A stretch of DNA of 63,064 nt, filler included, from Chiloscyllium plagiosum (taxonomy: Eukaryota), in assembly GCF_004010195.1 (NCBI RefSeq). It is 6 parts of 2 records of this genome, joined end to end, with 100 filler letters (N's around TTAATTAATTAA, not from the genome) between each part and the next. Parts side by side here need not be neighbours in the genome. Positions count along the whole stretch, not along the records: positions 19,667 to 25,820 come from NC_057716.1; positions 25,921 to 35,414 come from NC_057716.1; 4 more parts are not named here. One strand, 5' to 3'. The stretch's first letter is position 1. Each line of letters starts with the position of its first letter. The translations under genes and the position numbers were made by a program. The notes under the pieces were generated by a model. It made no database searches. It saw nothing but the letters and a program-made list of their open reading frames with translations, and was not told where the DNA came from. Shown here piece by piece: positions 23,160 to 35,513 of this stretch.

Positions 23160-23372
23160 ATGGACCATCAACTCTCAGCTCGACCAAGGATAAAGGCCAG
23201 GAATCCGGCACAATTGGGATACAGCCCATTTCCCGGGAGACTGAGAGGTCACTAACAGAGCGGAAGCTGGAGAGTCAGGAACAGAATAACAGGGACAGTT
23301 CGCTCTGTTCACTGACCCTCAGTGAATCCAGTGCCAGGAATGACTGCTATTAGTCAGACTGACAGAATGTGA
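23160..23372 (+). repeat. Low-copy segment paralogous to 60868-61083
   Basis: GACCATC..CCAAGG.TAAAGGCC.GGAATCCGGCA.AATTGGGA..TTCCC.GGAGACTGAGAGGT.ACTAACAGA..ATTAGTCAGA.TGACA.AATGT shared. Confidence 0.85.
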
Positions 23373-24344
23373 TCAGATGCACACACTGTCCTTCCACATC
23401 ATCAATATCGCCCAGCTCCCACCCTGTCTCAGCTCATCTGCCCCTCTGCCATTTTCAATATTTTAATCGGGGCAGCATTAAGTGCCGTGCTTTGAGCTGA
23501 GCTGTCTTAACTTCTGTACTCTCCCTCTAAACTGCTCCAATTCCCTCGATCCCTCTCCGGTTTAAGATGCTCCTTGACATCTGCCCCAATGAATGAGGTA
23601 GACTTTAACCTGACCCAATATCCCCTTCGGTTGGTCAACATCTACTGTATTTAAAACAAGGAACTGCAGACACTAGAGAACTGACAGATAACACAGAAAT
23701 TACTGGCAGGATTTAGTAGGAGTGGCCTCATTTGTGGGAAATCCGGGTGAACCTCTAGAGTCCAGGGATTGTCCTTCAGAACTGAAGGGATCTGATGCTG
23801 ATGCTGTCAGACCTGCTGAGCTCCCCCAGCAGTTTCTGTTTGTATTTCAGTCCCAATCCAATTGGTCCTGATCACGGCCTCGGGAATAGCTTGCCAATTA
23901 CTGGGAAAGTGTTGAACATGTCTCCTTCCCAGCAGTTAGCCCGGGCTCGAACCCCTGCCTTCGCATTGTTGCACTTTGAAAGCAATCTTAAACGGGGAAA
24001 AACGCCAAGATGGAATGAATGAGATTGGACTCTCCGAGGTTTCCCAAACATGGCCACATTAGGAGGACAGGGTGGGTCCCACCTGCTATTACATTCTCAG
24101 AGCTGGGGAAAGGAGGTTTAAACGCTCTGGGGGACCATATCAATCATCATTTGAAAATGGATTGATTAACCACAGGCCAGTGAGCATGGATTTATTCAGG
24201 GAAAAACTGGTATGATGATCTTGACAGATGCCCTCCAAAGGAAGGCGATGACCGATGGAAGGAGTCCTTGTGATGTAGATCAACTGGATTACAGGATTAG
24301 TGCTCATGTACCTGACTGGGATAGCTCAGCTGAGACAAGATGCA

Positions 24345-24690
24345 CTGTAGAAATTCCCCAAGGTTCCTTCCAGAGCAGCTTCCAGACCCACGGCACTATC
24401 ATGTGGAATGCTGAACACAGCAGATACACGGGAACACCACCAGTTGGCAATTCCACATCAAGTCACTCCCCACCCTGGCTTGGAAAAACATCTCAGTCCC
24501 ACAAGTGCCATTGGTTGGAAATCCTGGAACTCCCTCCCTTACATTATTGTGGGTTTATCTGCAGCAAATAAATGGCAGCAGTTCAAGGCAGTAACTCACC
24601 GTCAGCTTCACCAGAGCAATTATATCTGAGCAATCCGTGGTGTTCCAGCGGCAATGACCCAAACACATTAATGAATCACAAAATAAAGCT
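24345..24690 (+). mobile_element. L2/CR1-group LINE 3' remnant
   Basis: Same family as 49590-50056 and 52972-53575 (AAATCCTGGAACTCCCTCCCT..ATTGTGGG..GCAGCAGTTCAAG). Confidence 0.65.
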
Positions 24691-24769
24691 CAGTAATTGG
24701 GACCCATGTGCTCCAGTGATGAGTATCTGAATAAATTGGGTCGATATTCTAGAAAATTCAAAAGTGATT

Positions 24770-25260
24770 TCATTTTAATATCTCCGATTTTGAAGATGCT
24801 TCAGATGGTAGATGCTAAGAAATTGATCCTGCGGGTCTGGGAATCTGAAACACGATAACACAGTCTCAGGAGTTGCTGGAAAAGCTCAGCAGGTCAGGCA
24901 GCATCTGTGCAGAGAAATCAGCGTTAATGTTACAGCGTCCGCAGTTCATTCGGGTTTGATTGCCACCCTCTCAGGGTAAGGGGCAGGTTATTTGGGACTG
25001 AGATGAGGAGACAGCGCTTCACTCTAAGGCCTCTGAGTCTTTAATATTCTCTCCCTGAGGATTGTGGATGCTCCCTCACTGAGTACATTTCAGATTAGAA
25101 TAGACAGATTGCCGGGGTCTCAGGGAGTCACGGGATATGGGGAGTGGGTAGGAAACCGGACTTGAAATCTCAAACCAGCTCTGATTGGATTGACTGCCAG
25201 AACAGACCGAACAGTTTTGACAGGCTGGAAAGTCTCCTCCTGCTCACATTTCCTGAGCTC
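24770..25260 (+). mobile_element. Old CR1-like 3' remnant with an inserted pLTR-derived SINE fragment (~24870-24950)
   Basis: GGGACTGAGATGAGGAG...GGGATATGGGGAGTGG 3' UTR-like; GCTGGAAAAGCTCAGCAGGTCAGGCAGCATC motif. Confidence 0.55.
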
Positions 25261-25920
25261 TTAGATGTTTACTGAACCAACTCCCAATCCCTTTGGATTT
25301 GGTTCCATGAAACCGTTTATCATTAAATCTCTGCAGCCTCCACCCTATTACAAACCATCTCATTCTTTCTTCAGCGTTACCCCCATTCCAATTGCTCAGA
25401 AATCATTACTTTTCTAACTTCCTTCCGCTCTGCTGAATCCCCTCACCCTCATAACACACGGGTTAACCTTTCCCTTCTCCCTATAGATGCTGCCTGACCT
25501 TATCAGATTTCTCAGCATGGCCTGTGTTTATTTCAGAGATAATGACATCTCCCTGTTCCTGTGCGAGAATACATTCTCCAATCCCCTCTGCCACTTCCAT
25601 TTCTTAATGAAATATTGCTTGCAGCACAAGGATGGTTTTTTGTTCGAAAAGTGAGAGACTGATAGCGTCAGGAATCTGAAATAATTACAGAAGCCACTGG
25701 AAACACTGAACATTTCCAACAACTTCTGTAGTGTTGGGGAGGGAGGATTAATGTGTCAAATCTACACAAGGATAAAATAAACTCCAGCCTCAAAACAGAG
25801 TTCCTAAGTTTTACAAACATNNNNNNNNNNNNNNNNNNNNNNNNNNNNNNNNNNNNNNNNNNNNTTAATTAATTAANNNNNNNNNNNNNNNNNNNNNNNN
25901 NNNNNNNNNNNNNNNNNNNN

Positions 25921-26230
25921 TCAGTGACATCACGTACCCTTGCACCTGGGAGGCAACATACCAAACGTGAGTCTCTCTCGTTCCCACAAAACCGCCTATC
26001 TGTGGCCCTAACTATCGAGTCCCCAATTACTACTGCTCTGCTCTTCTTCACCCTTCCCTTCTGAGTAACGGGGACAGGCTCCGTGCCAGAGACCTGAGCC
26101 CCGTTACTTACCCCTGGTAAGTCATCCCCCCCACAAGTATCCAAAACGGTATACTTGTTCTTGAGGGGAACGGCCACAGGAGGTCCCTGCACTGGCTGCT
26201 TCCTCCCAGTCCCCCTCACTGTCACCCATC
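25921..26230 (-). mobile_element. CR1 ORF1 fragment (SGNH-esterase-like)
   Basis: NKYTVLDTC...AVVIGDSIVRATDRRFCG..SRLVCCLPGARVRDV. Confidence 0.88.
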
Positions 26231-27031
26231 TATTTCCAGAGAAATGGCAACCTGGGATAGAGCTTGTAAAATGTTCTGCCTGGTCCACTGGAAAAGGGCA
26301 TAGGCTGATGATACCCCAGATAGCCATCTTGCATATCGGTAAAAACCCTTATGGGTATTAATTTTGACAAATTTCTGGGACCCCTTATCTCGTCCCAATT
26401 GCAGATACACACAGCTCATGTCCAGCTTTGTGAAGGATAACACAATCCACTCCAGTTTTATAATACGAGTCCTCTATGAGAGGGACTGGGTATTTATTCA
26501 GCAGCGAGAAATGGTTTACCATTTGCTTAAAATCCCCTCAAAGGCAAACCTAGCCGTCAGTCTTCCCAATCAGTATGACCGGTACTGCCTGAATCTGCAA
26601 ACTGTCCCGGTTTGATGAACCTCTTGCTTTCCAGCCTCCTGACCTCTGCCTCGATTTTTGCCTGTAAGGCAATGGCACTGTGATTCTTCTGTGAAGAATT
26701 GCTTCCTCGTCAACATGAAAGGTGCCTTGGCTCACTTGAGAGTGCCTAGACCTTTCTGAAAAACTTCAGGGTATTTAATTAGGACTTCACTCAGGCAGAC
26801 ATTTTCTAATCGAAAGATGTTGAGCCAATCAGGGTTAATCTTTCTCAGCCAATTCCACCCCATCAAGCATGGGTCCCAAGGCTTTTTACTACAATTGGTG
26901 GTATCTGCATCAAGTGTTTCTTATAGGAGAATGAAACTAAGTCCTACCCTAAATCTGTAACAATTCACCAGTATACATTCTCAGTCTGGCTGAGGTCTTG
27001 CGTGAACTTAAGGGTTGGATTGCAAGGCAAA

Positions 27032-27127
27032 TTCCTGAAGAAGGGCTTATGCCCAAAACGTCAATTCTCCTGCTCCTTTGATACTGCCTGACCTGCTGCG
27101 CTTTTCCAGAAACACATTTTTCAGCTC
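27032..27127 (+). mobile_element. Penelope-pLTR-derived SINE-like element with hammerhead-like core, inserted in Gypsy pol
   Basis: CTGAAGA-AGGGC-TTAT-GCCC-AAAAC (GAAA altered), then CTGCCTGACCTGCTGCGCTTTTCCAG. Confidence 0.75.
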
Positions 27128-27504
27128 AAATCATGTTAAAGACTGGTCCTGGAGTGACTGCTACAGCTGCGTTGGTATTGATCTCCATAAGAACTAGGTG
27201 ACCGTTCAACCAGACGTTTATTTTGCTTGGTTCTGATTTGAGTGCTGCTCAGCAATGTAACTGTTCCAAACCAGCTGTAGGTGGACATCCCAGGGTGTGC
27301 ACTGTCTGGATACCAGTCTATGAATTCTATTACTAAATTTAGCCCTACTGCGTCTCCTTTAGGGCCTTGTGTCCTTACACCTGCATCAACTACAATGGTC
27401 TGCCAGCCTGGATCCGAGATAAAGTGAAAACCGTTTGGGTGAAGCCCAGCTTTGTTTTTGGGGTTTTGCTGACCTAGAGTCGCCTGTGTTCACGATATGT
27501 CCTG

Positions 27505-30500
27505 AGTGAAGCAACACAATGGTCCTGAGTGAGGATACGCAATTGACCTGAGTGAGGCGACACGGTGGTCCTTGGTGAGGGTACACAATGATCCTGGGTG
27601 AGGCTATACAATGATCCTGGGTGAGGGTACACAATGATTCTGGGTGAGGCTACACAATGATCCTGGTTGAGGCTACACAATGATCCTGGGTGAGGGTACA
27701 CAATAGTCCTGGGTGAGAGTACACAATGGTCCTGGGTTAGGGTTCACAATGATCCTGGGTGAGGGTAAACAATGTTCCTGGGTGAGGGTACACCATGATC
27801 CTGGGTGAGAGTACACAATTGACCTGTGTGAGGCTACACAATGATCCTGGGTGAGAGTACACAATGGTCCTGGGTTAGGGTTCACAATGATCTTGGGTGA
27901 GGCTACACAATGGTCCTGGGTGAGGGTACACAATGAACCTGGATGAGGGTACACAATGATCCTGGGTGAGGGTAAACAATGATCCTGGGTGAGAGTACAC
28001 ACTGATCCTGGGTGAGGGTACACAATGGTCCTGAGTGAGGCCACACAATGGTCCTGGGTGAGGCCACATAATGATCCTGGATGAGGTGACACAATGATCC
28101 TGAGTGAGGCTGCACAATGATCCTGGGTGAGGGGACACAATGGTCCTGGGTGAGGGTACACAATGATCCTGGGTAAGGGTACACAATGGTCCTGGATGAG
28201 GGTACACAATGATCCTGGGTGAGAGTACACAATGATCCCGGGTGAGGGTATACAATGATCCTGGGTGAGAGTACACAATGGTCCTGGGTTAGGGTTCACA
28301 ATGATCTTGGGTGAGGCTACACAATGGTCCTGGGTGAGGGTACACAATGAACCTGGATGAGGGTACACAATGATCCTGGGTGAGGGTAAACAATGATCCT
28401 GGGTGAGAGTACACACTGATCCTGGGTGAGGGTACACAATGGTCCTGAGTGAGGCCACACAATGGTCCTGGGTGAGGCCACATAATGATCCTGGATGAGG
28501 TGACACAATGATCCTGAGTGAGGCTGCACAATGATCCTGGGTGAGGGGACACAATGGTCCTGGGTGAGGGTACACAATGATTCTGGGAGAGGGTACACAA
28601 TGGTCCTGGGTGAGGCTGCACAATGATCCTGGGTGAGGAAACACAATGGTCCTGGGGGAGGCTACACAATGATCCTGGGTGAGGGTACACAATGGTCCTG
28701 GGTGAGAGAACACAATGGTCCTGGGGGAGGCTACACAATGATCTTGGGAGAGGGCACACAATGGTCCTGGTTGAGGGTACACAATAATCCTGGGTGAGGG
28801 TACACAATGGTGCTGGGTGAGGGTACATAATGATCCTGGGTGAGGCTACACAATGGTCCTGGGTGAGGGTACACAATGATCCTGGGTGAGAGTACACAAT
28901 GGTCCTGGGTGAGGGTACACAATGATCCAGGGTGAGGAAACACAATGGTCCTGGGGGAGGCTACACAATGATCCTGGGTGAGGGTACACAATGGTCCTGG
29001 GTGAGAGAACACAATGGTCCTGGGGGAGGCTACACAATGATTATGGGTGAGGCTACACAATGGTCCTGGGTGAGGGTACACAATTGACCTGGGTGAGGCT
29101 ACAAAATGATCCTGGGTGAGGCTACACAATGATTCTTGGTGAGGGTACACAATTGCCCTGGATGAGGTGACACAATGATCCTGGTTGAGGGTACGCAATG
29201 ATCCTGACTGAGTCCATACAATGATCCTGGGTGAGGCTACTCAATGATCCTGGGTGAGGGTCCATAATGGTCCTGGATGAGAGTACACAATGATCCTGGG
29301 TGTGGGGACACAATGATCCTGGGTGAGGGTACACAATAGTCCTTGGTGAGGGTACACAATGGTGCTGGGTGAGGGTACATAATGATCCTGGGTGAGGGTA
29401 CATAATGATCCTGGGTGGGGCTACACAATGATCCTGGGTGAGAGTACACAATGATCCTGGGTGTGGGGACACAATGATCCTGGGTGAGGGTACACAATGG
29501 TCCTGGGTGAGGGTAAACAATGATCCTGGGTGAGAGTACACAATGATTCTGGGTGAGGGTACACAATGGTGCTGGGTGAGGCTACACAATGGTCCTGGGT
29601 GAGGGTACACAATGATCCTGGGTGAGGGTACGCAATGATCCTGACTGAGTCCATACGATGATCCTGGGTGAGGCTACTCAATGATCCTGGGTGAGGATCC
29701 ATAATGGTCCTGGGTGAGGGTACACAATAGTCCTGGGTGAGAGTACACAATGGTCCTGGGTGAGGTTACACAATGGTCCTGGGTGAGAGTACACAATGGT
29801 CCTGGGTGAGAGTACACAATGGTCCTGGGTGAGGGTCCATAATGGTCCTGGGTGAGGGTACACAATTGACCAGGGTGAGGTGACACAATGATCCTGGGTG
29901 ATGGTACGCAATGGTCCTGGGTGAGGTTACACAATGGTCCTGAGTGTGTGTACACAATGATCCTGGGTGAGGCTACACAATGTTCCTGGGTGAGGGTACA
30001 CAATAGTCCTGGATGAGAGTACACAATGATTCTGGGTGAGGGTACACAATTGACCAGGGTGAGGTGACACAATGATCCTGGGTGATGGTACACAATGGTC
30101 CTGGGTGAGGGTACACACTGGTCCTGAGTGTGTGTACACAATGATCCTGGGTGAGGCTCCACAATGTTCCTGGGTGAGGGTACACAATAGTCCTGGGTGA
30201 GAGTACACAATGGTCCTGGGTGAGGTGACACAATGATCCTGGGTGAGGGAGCACAATTATCCTGGGTGAGGGAGCACAATTATCCTGGGTGAGGGTACGC
30301 AATGATCCTGGGTGTGGGTACACAATGGTCCTGGGTGTGGGTACACAATATTCCTGGGTGAGGCTCCACAATGATCCTGGATTTGGGTACACAATGATCC
30401 TGGGTGAGGGTACACAATTGATCTGGGTGAGGGTACACAATAATCCTGGGTGAGGCTACACAAGGATCTAGGGTTAGTTGACACAATAGTCCTGGGTGAG

Positions 30501-30880
30501 GGTACACACTGGTCCTGAGTGTGTGTACACAATGATCCTGGGTGAGGCTACACAATGTTCCTGGGTGAGGGTACACAATGATCCTGGTTGAGGCTACACA
30601 ATGATCCTGGGTGAGGGTACACAATAGTCCTGGGTGAGAGTACACAATGGTCCTGGGTGAGGGTACACAATTGACCTGGGTGAGGGTACACAATGGTCTT
30701 GGGTGAGGGTACGCAATGATCCTGAGTGAGGCTCCATAATGGTCCTGGGTGAGGGTACACAATTGACCTGCGTGAGGCTACTCAATAGTCCTGGGAGAGG
30801 GTACACAATGATTCTGGGTGTGGGTAATCAATGTACCTGGGTGAGTGTACACAATGGCCCTGAGTGAGGCTCCACAATTG
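27505..30880. repeat. 23-bp minisatellite (ACACAATGATCCTGGGTGAGGGT)n, roughly 145 units, with a 414-bp (18-unit) higher-order duplication
   Basis: Unit directly visible; 23-aa periodicity in the minus-strand ORFs; ORF pairs 27903/28317 and 27875/28289 are offset by 414. Confidence 0.97.
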
Positions 30881-31947
30881 CCTTCACTCAAGCATTGTCT
30901 CTCAAGCTCATTCATTCTGGTGATGGGGTCCATTTCCATCCGCATTCCCTATAACTCACGTGCTCCACTTGCTGCATTTCCAATGATAAAGATAGTTGTA
31001 GCGTCTTTTTAAAGTCCAGCTGGACTTCAGCAAGTCGGCGCTTTTGCACGGTTACGTTATTTATCCCACATACCCATCCATCTCTCAGTTTCTCACTCAG
31101 GGTTAACCAAAATTACATACCTCTGCCAGTCATTTTAATCTCGTCAAAAAGCTTGAATTGAATTCCCCAATTCTCTAACAGCTGAGTAAAACCAATAGCA
31201 TCTCGGAATTAGTGGAGGCTTGGTGTTGTAAAATTCCTTAACTAAATCCATCAAATCTTGAAAGGTTTTAGTATCCAGTGCCTCTGGGGAAGTTAGACTT
31301 CTAATAACTGAAAATGCTACAGGTCCACAAGCAGTCAGAAGGATTGCTCGTTGCTCTTCATCTGTCCCAATGTCATTTGCACAAGAAAGATACCGCATTC
31401 TTTCCATATACAGGGCCGAGTCTCTGACAGCAGGATCAAACAAGTCNNNNNNNNNNNNNNNNNNNNNNNNNNNNNNNNNNNNNNNNNNNNNNNNNNNNNN
31501 NNNNNNNNNNNNNNNNNNNNNNNNNNNNNNNNNNNNNNNNNNNNNNNNNNNNNNNNNNNNNNNNNNNNNNNNNNNNNNNNNNNNNNNNNNNNNNNNNNNN
31601 NNNNNNNNNNNNNNNNNNNNNNNNNNNNNNNNNNNNNNNNNNNNNNNNNNNNNNNNNNNNNNNNNNNNNNNNNNNNNNNNNNNNNNNNNNNNNNNNNNNN
31701 NNNNNNNNNNNNNNNNNNNNNNNNNNNNNNNNNNNNNNNNNNNNNNNNNNNNNNNNNNNNNNNNNNNNNNNNNNNNNNNNNNNNNNNNNNNNNNNNNNNN
31801 NNNNNNNNNNNNNNNNNNNNNNNNNNNNNNNNNNNNNNNNNNNNNNNNNNNNNNNNNNNNNNNNNNNNNNNNNNNNNNNNNNNNNNNNNNNNNNNNNNNN
31901 NNNNNNNNNNNNNNNNNNNNNNNNNNNNNNNNNNNNNNNNNNNNNNT

Positions 31948-33430
31948 TATTTTATGGCCTATGTTGTGCTTATCAGTGACTTTTTCTTCATAGAATTTCT
32001 AATTTCCACCCAAATGGATTCAACCTTATTCTCCATAGAACCCATATCATCTCTCAGCACCGCTCTGATATCGTCCTTGAATATCAGAGCTACACCACCT
32101 CCTTACGTTCCTGTCTGTCCTTCCGAATACTCTGATACACCTGGAATATTGTGTATTCATGACCAACCTATAACCATGTCTCCATAATGACTACAAAATC
32201 AAATGAATTTGTGATGATTTGCACCATTAACTCATCTACCTTGTTCCAAATGTTATGAGCTTTCAGGTAAAGTCCTTCTTGGTAACTTTCTTACCCTCAT
32301 GATTTTCATCATCTCTAATATCTCCTGAATTATCCTTCCTTTTTGCTTCTTTCATAGTCTGCCTTGAACTTAAACCATCCTGCGTACATGCTATCCTGTT
32401 GCTTATCTTTGTGATTGCCATCATACTTCCTGTCGCTTTCCCTTTCCCTTCCCCCCGACTCACAAGTTTAAAGTCCTAGTGACCACCCTACTTATCCTTT
32501 TCGCTCGAACACTGGTTCCAGATCAGTTCAGGTGGAGACCATCCCATTGGTACAGATCTCTCTGGTTCCAAAACTGATGTCAATGCCCCATGAAATGAAA
32601 TCCCTCTTTCCCACACCATTCCCTTCGCCACATGCTTCCTTCCCAAATTTTCTTATCCCTAAGCCAGTTTGCATGTGGCTCGGGCAGTAATCCGGAGATT
32701 ATGACCATCGAGGACCTGATCCTTAATTTCGCTCCTGGTGCTTGATAATCCCCAAACAGGTCCTCCATCCTAGCCTTGCCTATGTTGTTAGTCCCAATGT
32801 GGGCTAAATCAACTAGATCCTCCCCCTCACCCTCCCACTCAAATATCCATTCAAACTGGTCAGGGATGTCCTGCACCCTGGCAGGTAACACACCATGCGG
32901 GACTCCCGATTCGACTTGCAAAGGATACTATATATCTCCCTAATTTTAGAATCCCCGATAACTAGCGCTTGTCTTTTTGCTCCCCCACCTCTTGAATGAC
33001 CTTATGCACCATGGTGCCATGGTCAGCTGGCACATCCTGCCCGCAGCCCTTTTCCTCCTCCATACAGGGAGCAAGTAATTCATACCTGTTGGATAAGATC
33101 AAAAGCTGAGGCTCATCCATTCTTGAACTCAGGATCCCCCTGCCTGCCTCACTTGCAATCACACCCTGCTGTCCCTGATTACTGCCTGAATTTGAACTAC
33201 TTAATCTCCCAGGTGTGACTGCCTCCTGAAACAAAGCGTCCAGGTAACTCTCCCCCTCCCGGATGTACCGCAGTGTTTGAAGCTCAGATTCCAGATCATC
33301 AACTCTGAGCCGGAGTTCCTCCAACGATCAACACTTGCTGCAGATGTGCTCACTGCTGTTCACAATGGGAACAGCCAGCTCCCACATCATGCAGCTACAG
33401 CACATCACCTGCCCAGCCATCTCTAACTAG
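31948..33430 (-). mobile_element. CR1 LINE 5' part (ORF1 and start of ORF2 endonuclease)
   Basis: EELRLRVDDLESELQTLRYIREGESYLD..SNRYELL; HIGTNNIGK..VIISGLLP..WCGKEGFHFMGH. Confidence 0.88.
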
Positions 33431-34289
33431 CTAACTAATTTATTAATTTATACAAATTTATGAGTTTAAAAAAATTCTAGTACTTCTCTGGTATGGTCTT
33501 GTTCAAATAACCAATTAATAGACAAATTTAAAAAAGTACATTTTAACCAAACACACAATACAGAAGTAATATAAATGGAAGAGCCTTACCTTCCAACCCA
33601 CCACAGAGTCTTTTTTTGGTTGGATGAGGAGGACGTTTAGTGTCTTGGGTTCAGCCACTACCCAAATATATTCTTGGCAGCCACCTGGTCCTCGCTGCAG
33701 CCTCTCCCTCTGCTGCTGTAAAAAAAGATTGCAACACATTTTAGAAGAAATTTTAAAGTGTGGACACAGTAAAGAACAGGGCAAACAATATTCCTACAGC
33801 AAAATCCCACCATTCATCCAGCAGAATTGGCAAGATAGGGAATGTCTGATCACCATAGAGAGAGCTTGTTGAAATGCCCAAGGGGAATGGTTGTCTCTTC
33901 ATTGATGTTACCAGAGATCCACTGCCCAGTGATTGTAAATGCTGTCTTTCAGTTTGATGGTTCATCTAAACATGGCAAATTTGGCTGGAAAGAAGGAGTT
34001 AGATTTTGTTCTTCAAGCTAATGGGAGACAAAGGTCAAAAGCAGGATACTGAGTTGATGATCAGTCACGATCAAAAAAAAAGTGGAACATGTTTGTTCCT
34101 ATCTCTCTTAGGATGGGGTCGGGGGAGGTTTTGGCAAAGCCAGGTACAGTCTCAGGGTGAGTAGTAACTCTGAAATTGAGAGAATGTTCTTCACAGAATA
34201 GCTGGTGAGTTTTTAAGATTCTCTTCTCCAGAATTTCTGGATATTGTGGATGTTTAGTTTTAGCAAAGTCACCATTGTCCTGGAGGGTC

Positions 34290-34460
34290 ACTCGCTCAGG
34301 ACAGAGAGGTGGTTGGTGGTGAGTTTAACCTGAGGGTTACCATAGGGTTGAGAAGGCAGGACCTTCAGGGTGACCTTAACTGGTATGGGAACTGAGGTCC
34401 TACTATCAGTATCTCTCCTCGTCACAAAGGAGACATCCAGCCAAGTGAGCTAATGAACCC
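34290..34460 (-). mobile_element. tRNA-derived SINE remnant
   Basis: Minus strand begins GGGGTTCATTAGCTCACTTGGCTGG (A-box-like); body GGTAACCCTCAGGTTAAACTCACCACC. Confidence 0.55.
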
Positions 34461-35513
34461 CTTAAGAATGAGCATGTTCCACACTGAGATGAACAGATTT
34501 CTTTGTCTGAAGTCAGGTTTGATTGAATTCAATGGCTGAAAATGTACAATGCAATGTAGGATCTTCATTTGCTCACATTTCTCATTCCCAGTTTCAATGT
34601 AATTTCCAGTCCTAATCAAAATCTGTGAGCTGCTATTGAGTCCGGGAGAAAGGGTCGCAAGAGATCATGATCCAATCTCCACACATGACAAATCCTCATT
34701 ACATGCATCAGATACTATTAACTGGAAGTTCTGGATATTTTCCCATTTCACTGCTTGGGTGCTAACATCAATTGTAAGTTCTCTACTTCATGCTCAGCCT
34801 GATGCCCACTCATTCAATGTCATCCATTAATTTGTGTTGTTGCTGCTCAAACCATTTCAGTATAAAAAAAACATCCACTTAGAAGACTCTTGTGATTCAG
34901 TGGTAGTGTCCGTACCTCTGAGCTAGGAAATAATATCTTTAAACAAGAAAACACTAACTATCTTATCTACGCAATCAGGTATCCATAGATCAGTGGCTTT
35001 TACACACAGAACTGTTTTACATACAATTCCCAAACATGCCTTACTATCATAGTCAAGTGATCTCAGTTATTTACAAAGGCCAGAAACAAATCATTTAATA
35101 AAACAAGAAGACATTTCAGACACAGTCGACTAAGAGATTGAATACATTGTCAGGTACTCAAACAAAACCAAACCCTGAAGAAAAAAGACTGGCTTCTTCT
35201 GTAGCAACCATAAGAGCCACAAAATCAAATACCAGTGATTTCACCAGCAGAGAGACCATTTATGAAGTTGGAGTGACAAAAGCCTGACTGTCAAGGTGTG
35301 TTCTGTCTTTCTAGCTACACTCAGTGAGGAGTGACTATGTTCTTTGACTATGACTTACCATGAGCTGATTCTCAGCTGGGTGTTGGTAGATGAGTGAGTG
35401 CCAGGCCCAGTCACNNNNNNNNNNNNNNNNNNNNNNNNNNNNNNNNNNNNNNNNNNNNTTAATTAATTAANNNNNNNNNNNNNNNNNNNNNNNNNNNNNN
35501 NNNNNNNNNNNNN

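Larger units (their letters stand above)
26231..31446 (-). mobile_element. Degraded Ty3/Gypsy LTR retrotransposon internal region (gag-PR-RT)
   Basis: gag 31443-30880 (FDPA..YMERMRY..ANDI..QRAILLTACG..LRDGWVCGI); protease-like EINTNAAV ~27160-27186; RT ~26740-26231 (GDFKQMVN..KYPVPLIED, FTKLDMS..YLQ, INTHKGFYRY..GVSSA). Confidence 0.85.

Noticed and set aside
27386..30806. Many Cys/His/Pro-rich ORFs up to 369 aa (HPGSLCTLTQDHCVPSPRIIVYP)n
   Set aside because: Translation artefact of a stop-poor 23-bp minisatellite; the same peptide appears in all three minus frames
27505..30880. CRISPR-like array
   Set aside because: Units are head-to-tail with no unique spacers and no cas genes; eukaryotic context. 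The same applies to 272-1521 and 57270-57647
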